Origin: Promethearchaeota archaeon
Lineage (GTDB): Archaea; Asgardarchaeota; Lokiarchaeia; Sigyniarchaeales; SOKP01
Direction: 5' to 3'
Length of the DNA stretch: 64,000 bases
Assembly (NCBI GenBank): GCA_019058445.1
Contig: JAHPZA010000009.1
Coordinates: forward strand, 722,355-786,354
Shown piece after piece: positions 1 to 8,589 of the stretch; positions within the stretch are counted from its first letter, which is position 1, and each line of letters opens with the position of its first letter. Position numbers and translations under genes: made by a program. The notes under the pieces are model-generated. The model ran no database searches. It saw only the letters and a program-made list of their open reading frames with translations, and had not been told where the DNA came from.

Positions 1-1
1 A

Positions 2-619
2 AAAAAGGACACCTTTAATGATACTGCATTAAAAGTACAGGATTTCGTAAATGGGTTCTTTAAATATAAATACGATGAAGAAACAGCAGATTGTCCTGAA
101 TTCTGGCAATTCCCTTTTGAATCAATTCAGTCGGGAATTGGTGACTGTGAAGATGGTGCGATCTTAATCGCCAGCTTACTAATTAATGCGGGAATACCAT
201 CTTGGAGAGTTAAAGTTGCAGGAGGGGGAGTATTAACTGATCCGGTTTTTGCACCATCTGATACTGAATTAGCGGGGCATGCCTGGTGTATTTATTTAGC
301 AGAAAGACCTGATTCGAAACGCGGATTAGAATGGGTAATCTTAGATTGGTGTTACTCCCCGGACCCAGATACCCCAATAGAGGAAAAACCACTAGCAAAA
401 AATGGTGGCAAACAGGGAGGGTACAAGGAAACCTGGTTTACGTTTAATGATGAGTATAGTTGGGCTATTGATTTAACCCAGATCCCGGTAGGCAGAATAA
501 GTAACAACAGAACCACAAAGAAAGACGAAGTTCTAATAAAAATGGATGATCTGATGAGAAATTTTGCGAAGGAGCAAATGGCAAAAGTATTTGAAAAATA
601 CGGACTTAAAATAGAGTAA
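2..619 (+). CDS. Transglutaminase-like cysteine protease domain protein, C-terminal part (5' end outside window)
   Basis: Frame 2 is open from the window edge to TAA 617-619. It is absent from the ORF track because there is no start in the window. The translation shows the Cys/His/Asp layout of transglutaminase-like cores: GDCEDGAILIASLLINAGIP ... GHAWCIYL ... VILDWCY. Confidence 0.6.
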   Translation, partial: KKDTFNDTALKVQDFVNGFFKYKYDEETADCPEFWQFPFESIQSGIGDCEDGAILIASLLINAGIPSWRVKVAGGGVLTDPVFAPSDTELAGHAWCIYLAERPDSKRGLEWVILDWCYSPDPDTPIEEKPLAKNGGKQGGYKETWFTFNDEYSWAIDLTQIPVGRISNNRTTKKDEVLIKMDDLMRNFAKEQMAKVFEKYGLKIE

Positions 620-660
620 TTTAATCATTATTTTTTTTGTAGATTAACAAATAAATACAT

Positions 661-680
661 ATATAAGCGAGTACTTATAT
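661..680. promoter_or_regulatory. Candidate ArsR-family operator (palindrome ATATAAG-N6-CTTATAT) upstream of the regulator gene
   Basis: A perfect 7+7 dyad with a 6-nt spacer lies about 30 nt before the ATG at 710. The same dyad recurs at 1145-1180. Confidence 0.45.
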
Positions 681-709
681 TTATTAAAACTATTTTATTT
701 TTTGTACAA

Positions 710-1063
710 ATGGTTGATATTCTCGAAGATTTATCTGAATTCTTCAAGGCACTTAGTGATCCTACAAGACTTAAGCTATTACGAATTTTAATGTTTAATG
801 ATGAAAAAAAACTAAAAGTAATTGATATGGCAGAAAAAATTGGCATATCCCAACCAGCAATTACCCAACATATTAATGTATTGAAAGAACTCCGGCTTAT
901 CCAATCCAATAGAGAACAAAATCGGATATACTATTATGTAAACAAGAAGAAATTTAAGTCTTATAGAAGGATTCTTAATACAATGCTGGAAATACCTTAT
1001 ATGAAATGCACATTTGAAGGAAAATGTAGCGAATGTCCCAATAGTCAGGTACATGGAAGATAA
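710..1063 (+). CDS. ArsR/SmtB-family winged-helix transcriptional regulator with Cys-rich C-terminal tail
   Basis: LSEFFKALSDPTRLKLLRIL ... ISQPAITQHINVLKELRLI is the classic ArsR HTH signature. The tail is CTFEGKCSECP. Confidence 0.85.
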   Translation: MVDILEDLSEFFKALSDPTRLKLLRILMFNDEKKLKVIDMAEKIGISQPAITQHINVLKELRLIQSNREQNRIYYYVNKKKFKSYRRILNTMLEIPYMKCTFEGKCSECPNSQVHGR

Positions 1064-1144
1064 ATAACTATTTTTTTTAATATTTTGTTTAAACTTGTTC
1101 TTTTACTTTATAAAATGAATTTTTTTAGAAAAAATTAATCTTAA

Positions 1145-1180
1145 ATATAAGTAATCACTTATATAAGTAATCACTTATAA
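1145..1180. promoter_or_regulatory. Two overlapping tandem copies of the ATATAAG-N6-CTTATAT palindrome (candidate operator of the downstream operon)
   Basis: ATATAAGTAATCACTTATAT at 1145-1164 and ATATAAGTAATCACTTATAA at 1161-1180, in 16-nt register. The site ends about 25 nt before the ATG at 1204. Confidence 0.5.
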
Positions 1181-1203
1181 ATGTAAAAATAAGGTTAATA
1201 ATT

Positions 1204-2028
1204 ATGGATATGAAAATAGCTTTAATTTACTTTTCTCCTACAAACAATACTGCTAATATGGCTAAATATATAAAAGAAAAATTAGCAAATTTAGATAAAA
1301 ATATGCTAGTTGACGAGTTTAACATTACGAGCCATTCTAAAAGACAACAAAACTTAGAGATTGACCAGTATGACGCATTTTTTTTTGGATTTCCAATTTA
1401 CGCATGGAGGGCTCCTAAATTGGCTAGAGCATGGCTTCAGACTTTAGATGGGAGAAATAAAAAGTGTTCAGTCTTTTTTACGTACGGAGGTGTTGATCCT
1501 GGGGCAGCACATTATAATATAAAACATATATTAGAAGAACAAGGCTTTCAGCTTGTGTCAACAGCAGAATTTGTATGTAAACATACGTACAATTGTGGTG
1601 GTTGGAATGTGATGAAAAATAGGCCAAATAGATCTGATTTTAATATTGCTGATGAATATATCAAAAAAACTTATAAAAAGTTCTTAAGTGAAGATAATGA
1701 AAGTGTCCACATAGAAAATCCAAAAATTTCAGAAAGAATACTATTAAGACTTGAACAAGATATCAAAAAAGTTCTAAAACCTCCCTCCAGAAAAGGAGAG
1801 GAATGTAGCATTTGTAGATTATGTGAGATTGATTGTCCTGCAAATGCGATGGATTCTGAATTAGGAGATGCAGATTCAAATCTTTGCATTCGATGTTATA
1901 GATGCTTTATCAATTGTCCCGATAAGATATTAAAAATTGAGGATTTATATCCTATATATCTATTATTCGAGAAAGTAGAAAGATTAGGAGTAGATGAAAG
2001 TACTATTTTTAGCAATTTTTTCATATAA
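1204..2028 (+). CDS. Flavodoxin-like domain fused to a 2x[4Fe-4S] ferredoxin domain
   Basis: The N-terminus MKIALIYFSPTNNTANMAK is flavodoxin-like. The C-terminus carries two CxxCxxC..CP motifs (CSICRLCEIDCP, CIRCYRCFINCP). Confidence 0.7.
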   Translation: MDMKIALIYFSPTNNTANMAKYIKEKLANLDKNMLVDEFNITSHSKRQQNLEIDQYDAFFFGFPIYAWRAPKLARAWLQTLDGRNKKCSVFFTYGGVDPGAAHYNIKHILEEQGFQLVSTAEFVCKHTYNCGGWNVMKNRPNRSDFNIADEYIKKTYKKFLSEDNESVHIENPKISERILLRLEQDIKKVLKPPSRKGEECSICRLCEIDCPANAMDSELGDADSNLCIRCYRCFINCPDKILKIEDLYPIYLLFEKVERLGVDESTIFSNFFI

Positions 2029-2049
2029 TAAAAAACGAGGTCAGAAATT

Positions 2050-2586
2050 ATGGAAAATTATATTGATAAACCAATGAAAAATACCGGCTTTAGATTAATG
2101 TCAGCATTATTTGTAGTACGCGATAAATTCTCCGATCCTATGAAAAAGATTAAGAAAGCGAAAGTAAAGAGAGGCGATTATGTGTTAGATTATGGTTGTG
2201 GGCCAGGAAGCTTTTCTGTTGCGGCTTCCAAAGTAGTAGGCGACTCTGGTAAAGTTTTCTCTGCGGATATACACCCTCTATCTGCTGAGAAAATTCATAA
2301 AAAAGTATTAAAAGAAGCATTAAACAATATAGAAACAATTACTACCGATTGCTACACTGGATTAAAAGATAATTCTATTGATGTGATAATATGTTTTGAT
2401 ATGTTTCATATGGTTAACGACCAACAAAATATCTTAAAAGAGTTTAGTCGAGTTCTAAAGCCAAATGCTATTTTGTCATTAGATTGCCATCATATGAAAG
2501 AAATAGAATCAAAAGTAGTTGATACAGGTTTGTTTAAACTCATCGAAAAGATTGATAAAACATATAATTTCATAAAAACCATCTAA
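2050..2586 (+). CDS. Class I SAM-dependent methyltransferase
   Basis: Motif I is VLDYGCGPGSFS. An acidic residue follows after beta2 (SADIHP), and the motif ICFDMFHMV is present. The gene lies 21 nt downstream of the previous gene. Confidence 0.75.
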   Translation: MENYIDKPMKNTGFRLMSALFVVRDKFSDPMKKIKKAKVKRGDYVLDYGCGPGSFSVAASKVVGDSGKVFSADIHPLSAEKIHKKVLKEALNNIETITTDCYTGLKDNSIDVIICFDMFHMVNDQQNILKEFSRVLKPNAILSLDCHHMKEIESKVVDTGLFKLIEKIDKTYNFIKTI

Positions 2587-2778
2587 TTTTTTTTTATTTT
2601 CTATCTTGTGTATCTTTCTAAAAGAGATTGAAAACATCATAATTAAAAGATTTCTTTACTTTTTATCTAATAATTGGAATATTTTCAGAAAATTCATGAA
2701 AGTTACCAATTGAAGGCATAACCGTAAATCAATCGTAAATTATAAATAAGATTACAATAATCAAAGTAATGACGATAG

Positions 2779-3486
2779 ATGGGTGAAAACGAAATTTCAG
2801 AATATTTTTCTCTGGCGATGGCTCTTGAATATTTAATAATCACACATAGGGATAGTAAAGGGATCATATATATTAAACCGTCGTATGGTGTTGAGTTAGA
2901 TCCACAATTTATAGAACTTTTTCGAACAGCCATAAATGATGGAGTAATTAATTTTCCTGAAATAGAGGGAGAACTTGAGCACGCCACTTTTGAGGGAAAA
3001 TATATTCTTACTTTAGTAGGGAAAAAAATATGGATTACGATTTTTTTAAATCAAAAACCCACTAGACACACACGTGAGGCTCTAAATTTGTTTTCAAAAG
3101 AATTTGAAAATCACTTTGGAGGAAAAGTAAGAAATCTATATTCCAGATTTCAAGGGGATATCTCAATTTTCCAGGAAGAATCGATAACAAAAAAGACAGT
3201 CGAAGAAATTATTGATGATACATTTCATCTCAGCTTGAAATTACCGTATAAATTAGGACCTAAAAAAGGTAAGAAAATAATTGAAGAATCTAAAAAGATG
3301 TTCAATTTAGCTAAACATCTTTCACGAAGAACAAAGAAAATTATAAGCCTTGAAGATTTACTCCATGATGCAGAGGAAAAATTTGATTATAATACTAATG
3401 AAATTATCTATTTAATAAGTGATTTAATTGAGAATGAATTACTTATACCCATATTTCCAGAAAAAATCGAAGAGCAATTTTCATAA
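2779..3486 (+). CDS. Hypothetical protein; possible longin/roadblock-like N-terminal domain and winged-helix-like C-terminus
   Basis: A long ORF with coding-like composition. The by-eye secondary-structure pattern is beta-beta-alpha-beta-beta-beta-alpha (YLIITHRDSKGIIYIK / FIELFRTAIN / FEGKYILTLVGKKIWITIFL / EALNLFSKEFENHFG). I recognise no firm motif. Confidence 0.4.
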   Translation: MGENEISEYFSLAMALEYLIITHRDSKGIIYIKPSYGVELDPQFIELFRTAINDGVINFPEIEGELEHATFEGKYILTLVGKKIWITIFLNQKPTRHTREALNLFSKEFENHFGGKVRNLYSRFQGDISIFQEESITKKTVEEIIDDTFHLSLKLPYKLGPKKGKKIIEESKKMFNLAKHLSRRTKKIISLEDLLHDAEEKFDYNTNEIIYLISDLIENELLIPIFPEKIEEQFS

Positions 3487-3541
3487 ATAAAATACCCTCA
3501 TTCATTAAAATCAATAACTAAATTATAATTTCTAATATTTT

Positions 3542-5032
3542 ATGAAACAAACGACCGTCTCAAATAAAATGATTTTTTATCCTCAACGCTGTACTTTTTT
3601 TATAGATACTAATAATTTAGTTAGTCCATTTATGATTAAAACTATTTTAGATAAATTTGACGATGATGCAATAAATAGCCTAAATGAAGTAATAAAGGGA
3701 ATAAAATTTTATGTAGGTGGAAGGCAATGGCACCTTAATCAAAAGGGATATCTAAAAGAATCTACATATGAATATAATTTTAGTGAGGGAACTTTATTAG
3801 TTTTTCTTTCGAAAATTTTTACTATGGGGTATGAGAGATGGAGAAGATTAACTTATGGATCTTTAAAGAGATTTATCTGGGAATCTTTTTGCCATGAATT
3901 TATAATGTTGTTGTCCCAAGCAACGAAAATTGACGTAAAAGTAGCTAAGAAAGCAAAAGACTATTATTTAAATAAAGCAGATCAGCTAACAATAAACTTC
4001 TTAAAAGATTTATTTAATTATGAACAAGAGAATTTACCTCGTATCAATTATATCAAAATTATTAATACTATTTGGAATGAGGATCTTCCCAAAAATTTAG
4101 GTTTTTTAAATATATTTTATGCGAGGATGCTTAACAAATTAAAGAAAAAGCTGAATTTTACCCCAAATTTCATGAAAATTAAGATTTTTAATGAACTTCG
4201 AAAAATTAAATTAGAGTATAAATATGAATATAATCTCTCGGAACTCATTAATTACTGTATTCATAGCGAACATTTTGAAAAACTTTTCATGAATTCTAGT
4301 TGCTATGAGAAGCTTCAACGAGAGTTCTATTCCAAAGCTAAAAGAATCATAGTAAACTTCTTTAAAGAGTATGACATTTCTCATGAATTATTCCCCTATA
4401 AGGATTCTGCCAATCGTACTCATTATTTTTTAACTCATAAGACATTTGAGAGAGTAAAAAGTGTATGCCTACAGAAATGCATCCAAAAAGTTAAGAATAG
4501 ACTTTTAGAAGAATATGGAAATTTCAGAAATTTTTATTCCAAATGCCCCATTTGCCAACAAAATCATTCAAATCATCAAATTTGTGAAGAAATTTTCTTT
4601 TCATCCAAATATACCTTCTTTAAAGAGATTTTAATTGAAAAAATGAGAAATAATTCATTTGAGAGTCTAAATATCGGAGACTACTTCTTTGGAGTACCAT
4701 GTGAGCCTTGTTTTCAAATCATTCATAATATTCAGGGGAAATTCTCAGAATTGAATCAATTACAGAAATTTGTCGTTAAATACGGAATTTGTCCAGTATG
4801 TGGAGCAAAGAACCATAGAGATTACCTTTTATCTTTTTATCATGATGAGAGTAAGAAAGAGATACGTGAATATTTAGAAAATAATATATATTTCTCAAAA
4901 AGGCTAGAAAAATTTAAAATAAATATCGGAATTCCTTGTTGTAATTGCTTTGAGCAATTTTTTGACAATGATCAAAATTCAGATCCAAATATAGGAGTAT
5001 TTGATGTTTCTTGTCTCCAAGATGAATTATAA
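3542..5032 (+). CDS. Hypothetical protein with C-terminal cysteine-pair (zinc-ribbon-like) motifs
   Basis: A 496-aa ORF lying 55 nt after the previous gene. Four Cys pairs sit in the last third: CPICQQ, CEPCFQ, CPVCGAKNH, CCNCFE. Confidence 0.5.
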   Translation: MKQTTVSNKMIFYPQRCTFFIDTNNLVSPFMIKTILDKFDDDAINSLNEVIKGIKFYVGGRQWHLNQKGYLKESTYEYNFSEGTLLVFLSKIFTMGYERWRRLTYGSLKRFIWESFCHEFIMLLSQATKIDVKVAKKAKDYYLNKADQLTINFLKDLFNYEQENLPRINYIKIINTIWNEDLPKNLGFLNIFYARMLNKLKKKLNFTPNFMKIKIFNELRKIKLEYKYEYNLSELINYCIHSEHFEKLFMNSSCYEKLQREFYSKAKRIIVNFFKEYDISHELFPYKDSANRTHYFLTHKTFERVKSVCLQKCIQKVKNRLLEEYGNFRNFYSKCPICQQNHSNHQICEEIFFSSKYTFFKEILIEKMRNNSFESLNIGDYFFGVPCEPCFQIIHNIQGKFSELNQLQKFVVKYGICPVCGAKNHRDYLLSFYHDESKKEIREYLENNIYFSKRLEKFKINIGIPCCNCFEQFFDNDQNSDPNIGVFDVSCLQDEL

Positions 5033-5037
5033 ATTCA

Positions 5038-6630
5038 TTATTTAATATGATTGAAAAGTGAGATTCCTTTTACCGGTACGCAGCTCTGAATTAAACAACG
5101 CTTTTTAAATTCAACCTCGAACAATTTACATAACTCATTCTTAATTTTTTCTGAATATCCTTTTTTTACAAAAAGCATAGCACAACCGCCCATGCCCGCT
5201 CCCGAAAGCTGTGCACCTAATACTCCTCCTAATTTTTGAGAAGTATCAATAATAAAATCAATTTCAGGTATACTACACCCATATCCTCCCGAAATATGGT
5301 CGATACTCATATTGGATTCAATATCGGCTTTAATTTGATTCTCGTCCATTTCATTATTATATCGGGTAGGTTTTGGTTTTTCATCGTAGTTATATCTGAC
5401 AACTCTATCTCCATTATGAGAAATGTACATTAATTTCCCGACATGATTTATATCCCTCTTTTTAATAAGGTGATAAAATACTCTACTCCTTTCGCATTCG
5501 GAAATTCCATAAGCTATAATTTTTCTAATCGGAATAATTTGAGGAATCTCATTAAAATTAAATTTTTTTTTTAAGGGATCCCATTTTTTTCCTAATACTT
5601 TTGGAAGCTCGTTGAAATGTACGTATTCGGGAAGCTCTGATAAAATGTTTATTAAATCTGATGAAGTAATCTCTAAATTTTTAGGGTTGATATCGCTTAA
5701 GTATACTAATCTCGAAGAAAATTGAGGAAATTTCTTTTTTATTAAATAAAAACCTATATCATAGGCTAGGATTCTTTCATTGAAAACATCCTTCCTAGCT
5801 CCGGATTTATCTGCAAGGACTTGAGAGTTATAAATTAACAGTTCGCAATCATTAGGAAACTCAATCCAATCAAGAATCTCAAGAGGAAATAATTTTACGT
5901 GAGCAATTTGGTTCTTTTTAGCAAATATAATCGCAACTTGATCGCCGGTTCCACCACGAGTTCCTACAAACCATTCTGCTTCGGCACACCGACTAATCAT
6001 CTCATCTTCGTTAAAATTTAACTTATTTAATTCAGAAAGTGCCTTAAATATCCCGACAGTTAAAGCTGAGGAGCTACTCAACCCTGCCGCAATTAAAATA
6101 TTTCCTAATACACATATATTCGCACCATGTACTTTCTTTAACCCATATAAATTACTAAGCCTTAAATAAGCAGCCTTAAGATAATTATCCCAGCTTCCTC
6201 CAGGAGACCGATATTTATTGAGAAATTTCGTATTCTTAATCACATCTGACCAATTACTTAAACTTTCAAAACTTAAATTAGAGAAATTAATTGTTAGATC
6301 TGGAAAATTACCTGTGTCAATATTATAAGCTACCAATTTAAAATCTTTTCTAATAGATGCTGTAAAAAAGATCTCTTTATCAATTGCAATTAAATTTACG
6401 AGCCCATTTTGATGATCCACATGTCTTCCCATCAAATTTATCCTTCCAGGAGCCCTCACGATGATTATATCTTCATTACCGAATTTCTTTTTATGAAGAT
6501 TTAGTAATTGTAATATAGTTTTTTGTTTAACCTTAAAATTGTGATAATCAACCCCATAATCATTTTTTAAAAGATTTTCTGACTGTGTAGCATCTGTAAA
6601 AAAAGCTATCCAATCGTCCACTAAAGGCAT
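5038..6630 (-). CDS. Galactokinase-family (GHMP) sugar-1-kinase, long form
   Basis: Galactokinase signature APGRINLMGRHVDHQNG, GHMP motif AAGLSSSSALTV, and C-terminal motif SGAGMGGCAM. Confidence 0.75.
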   Translation of the reverse strand: MPLVDDWIAFFTDATQSENLLKNDYGVDYHNFKVKQKTILQLLNLHKKKFGNEDIIIVRAPGRINLMGRHVDHQNGLVNLIAIDKEIFFTASIRKDFKLVAYNIDTGNFPDLTINFSNLSFESLSNWSDVIKNTKFLNKYRSPGGSWDNYLKAAYLRLSNLYGLKKVHGANICVLGNILIAAGLSSSSALTVGIFKALSELNKLNFNEDEMISRCAEAEWFVGTRGGTGDQVAIIFAKKNQIAHVKLFPLEILDWIEFPNDCELLIYNSQVLADKSGARKDVFNERILAYDIGFYLIKKKFPQFSSRLVYLSDINPKNLEITSSDLINILSELPEYVHFNELPKVLGKKWDPLKKKFNFNEIPQIIPIRKIIAYGISECERSRVFYHLIKKRDINHVGKLMYISHNGDRVVRYNYDEKPKPTRYNNEMDENQIKADIESNMSIDHISGGYGCSIPEIDFIIDTSQKLGGVLGAQLSGAGMGGCAMLFVKKGYSEKIKNELCKLFEVEFKKRCLIQSCVPVKGISLFNHIK

Positions 6631-6831
6631 AAAGAGAAGAAACTAGTTAATAGGTTTTTTGAATAGTTTAAGTTTTCAAAATTTAATAACTATATTAATG
6701 AACTTATCTTTGATAATTAAATTACCGCACATAAAGACGATTATTGTTCGCAAAAGATTTAAATATAATTTTTATCAGTTTATAATCTGATTTGGTAAAT
6801 AAACGTAATCATACCATCCAGCTAGAATACA

Positions 6832-7476
6832 TTGACAATTGAAATAATATCTAAGATTGAAAGGTTTGATCATAAAATCTTTATGAAGATTTATAAAAAT
6901 GAGGCTTTAAAGAGAAACAGGATTATTATTTTTGCGAAGATCTTTTCCTTCTTCGGTAATATGTATTTTTGGGGAGTATTTTGGCTTATTTTAACAGTGT
7001 ATGGGTATATTACAAAAGATTACGGATTATTTTGTTTGATGACAGGAGGCGGAATACAGAGTGTGATTATACATGTTTTAGTTCGATTTAAACTCGTAAG
7101 TCGAAATCGACCATTCATAACTTTAGAAAAAGAAGGAGTTGCCCAACATGATGATCTAATCAGAGAAAATAAATCCTTTCCTTCCGGTCATGTTGCTTTT
7201 TTTCTATTTTTTGGCACCTTAATCGCTTTTTATTACCAAAGTTGGCTTGTCCTCATGATATTCATAATTTTGGACATAATTATGGCAATAACTAGGTTAA
7301 TTTTAGGGGTACATTTTCCTACGGATGTCATCGCTGGATTTGGTTTCGGCCTCCTATATGCATTAATTTTTCTATATGGAACAGCAATTTATTGGATTTC
7401 CTTATTTTATTGGATCGGGCATACGTACTCCCCTATTATCCATGAATGGCTTTATTACATTTTTCAAATTCCATAA
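6832..7476 (+). CDS. PAP2-family membrane phosphatase
   Basis: A polytopic membrane protein with the PAP2 motifs KSFPSGH and GVHFPTDVIAG. The start is an alternative codon per the ORF track. Confidence 0.75.
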   Translation: MTIEIISKIERFDHKIFMKIYKNEALKRNRIIIFAKIFSFFGNMYFWGVFWLILTVYGYITKDYGLFCLMTGGGIQSVIIHVLVRFKLVSRNRPFITLEKEGVAQHDDLIRENKSFPSGHVAFFLFFGTLIAFYYQSWLVLMIFIILDIIMAITRLILGVHFPTDVIAGFGFGLLYALIFLYGTAIYWISLFYWIGHTYSPIIHEWLYYIFQIP

Positions 7477-7496
7477 GTTCTATTGAATCTAAATTA

Positions 7497-8390
7497 TTAT
7501 TGTAAATAATTGAAAATCTTCTCAAAATCAGATAAATTGAACGGTTTTAAAATATAGCCATTAGCTTTTAATTCTTTGGTCTTTTTAGCTACTTCAGTTT
7601 CTGGTATTGCTGAGAGAAAAAATATAGGTAAATCACTATTTCTTTTTTCTAACCTAATCTTCTTAATTATCTCATAGCCACTAATATCGGGTAAAAGAAT
7701 ATCTAGTAAAATTAGTTTTGGTTTAAACCTTGTTAGTTCTTCGAGAGCTCTATTTCCTTCTAAAATTCCCTTACAGGAAAAACCTTCCATCTCAAAATAG
7801 CTTGTTAATAAATTTACAGTTTCATTATCATCTTCAATAAGAAGTATGTCGTATTCAAGAGGACCGTCATCCATAGCAGAATTTTTTTTCTCTATTTTTT
7901 CTAACTTTACTATCCGTTCTTCTAGTGTTTCGCATTGAGATAATATTCTTTCTAACATTGAGATCAAATCGTTGTCTATTGAATCTCTATATGTTTTGAT
8001 GATTAACTGAATATTTCCCTTTATACTTGTTAAAGGTTCTTTCAACTCATGAGAAAGAGCAGATATGAGGTCAATATCTGAACCTTTATAATTAAATTCA
8101 ATTTTTGACTGGTATTTAATGAAAAACTTCACTGCGTCCCTAATAAGTTTGGAGATAGTGGAATAATGATTACTATTATCCTTGATAAATCCATTCCATT
8201 CATCCTTAATCCCATCAGAAACATATAGGGAAATACGCTGTTTTTTAACATTATATACCTTTTCACCTCTTTGCCATTTCTTAAAGGCGTCTGTAATCTC
8301 ACCGTGCCAAATAGCCTCTTTACCAGTTTCTTCTTCGAATTTTTCCATCTCTTCAGTTTTCACTAGTTTTTTAGCTATTTTAATCACCAT
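7497..8390 (-). CDS. Response-regulator receiver fused to a HisKA/DHp phosphoacceptor segment and a probable N-terminal ribbon-helix-helix; no ATPase domain
   Basis: H-box LSHELKEPLTSIKGNIQLI. The receiver domain shows ILLIEDD ... LILLDILLPDISGYE ... LSA ... YILKPF. The N-terminal QRISLYVSDGIKDEWNGFI ... STISKLIRDAVKFFI resembles CopG-type RHH. No N/G1/G2 boxes are present. Confidence 0.7.
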   Translation of the reverse strand: MVIKIAKKLVKTEEMEKFEEETGKEAIWHGEITDAFKKWQRGEKVYNVKKQRISLYVSDGIKDEWNGFIKDNSNHYSTISKLIRDAVKFFIKYQSKIEFNYKGSDIDLISALSHELKEPLTSIKGNIQLIIKTYRDSIDNDLISMLERILSQCETLEERIVKLEKIEKKNSAMDDGPLEYDILLIEDDNETVNLLTSYFEMEGFSCKGILEGNRALEELTRFKPKLILLDILLPDISGYEIIKKIRLEKRNSDLPIFFLSAIPETEVAKKTKELKANGYILKPFNLSDFEKIFNYLQ

Positions 8391-8497
8391 AGAGAAAGTG
8401 TAATTTCAAAAGTTTTGAAAATATTTACTTTTTACATAATATCTTTTTTTTGCATATATAAATATTTTTTACATTCAAAAAAAAATATAAAAAAATA

Positions 8498-8523
8498 GGG
8501 AGTATCTTAAAAAAGATACTCCC
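8498..8523 (-). terminator. Hairpin plus T-tract downstream of the MCP-like gene (minus strand)
   Basis: GGGAGTATCTT-aaaa-AAGATACTCCC is a perfect 11-bp stem. On the minus strand it is followed by TATTTTTTATATTTTTTTT. It lies about 70 nt after the stop at 8590. Confidence 0.45.
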
Positions 8524-8589
8524 AAGTAGTTCTAAAGACCGGAATTTGTGGTTAGTTAGCTCTGATTTTAAGGGATATTGGTAATTCAT

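Noticed and set aside
210-1054. Minus-strand ORFs 210-398, 628-909 and 812-1054
   Set aside because: They lie antisense to the transglutaminase-like ORF and the ArsR gene, which both have clear motifs. The minus-strand translations have no motifs and are hydrophobic and AT-biased.
1145-1180. 16-nt tandem direct repeat as a mini CRISPR or satellite
   Set aside because: There are only two overlapping copies with no spacers. Each copy is itself a dyad, and a third copy sits upstream of the ArsR-family gene. An operator is the better explanation. I saw no CRISPR-like array anywhere in the window.
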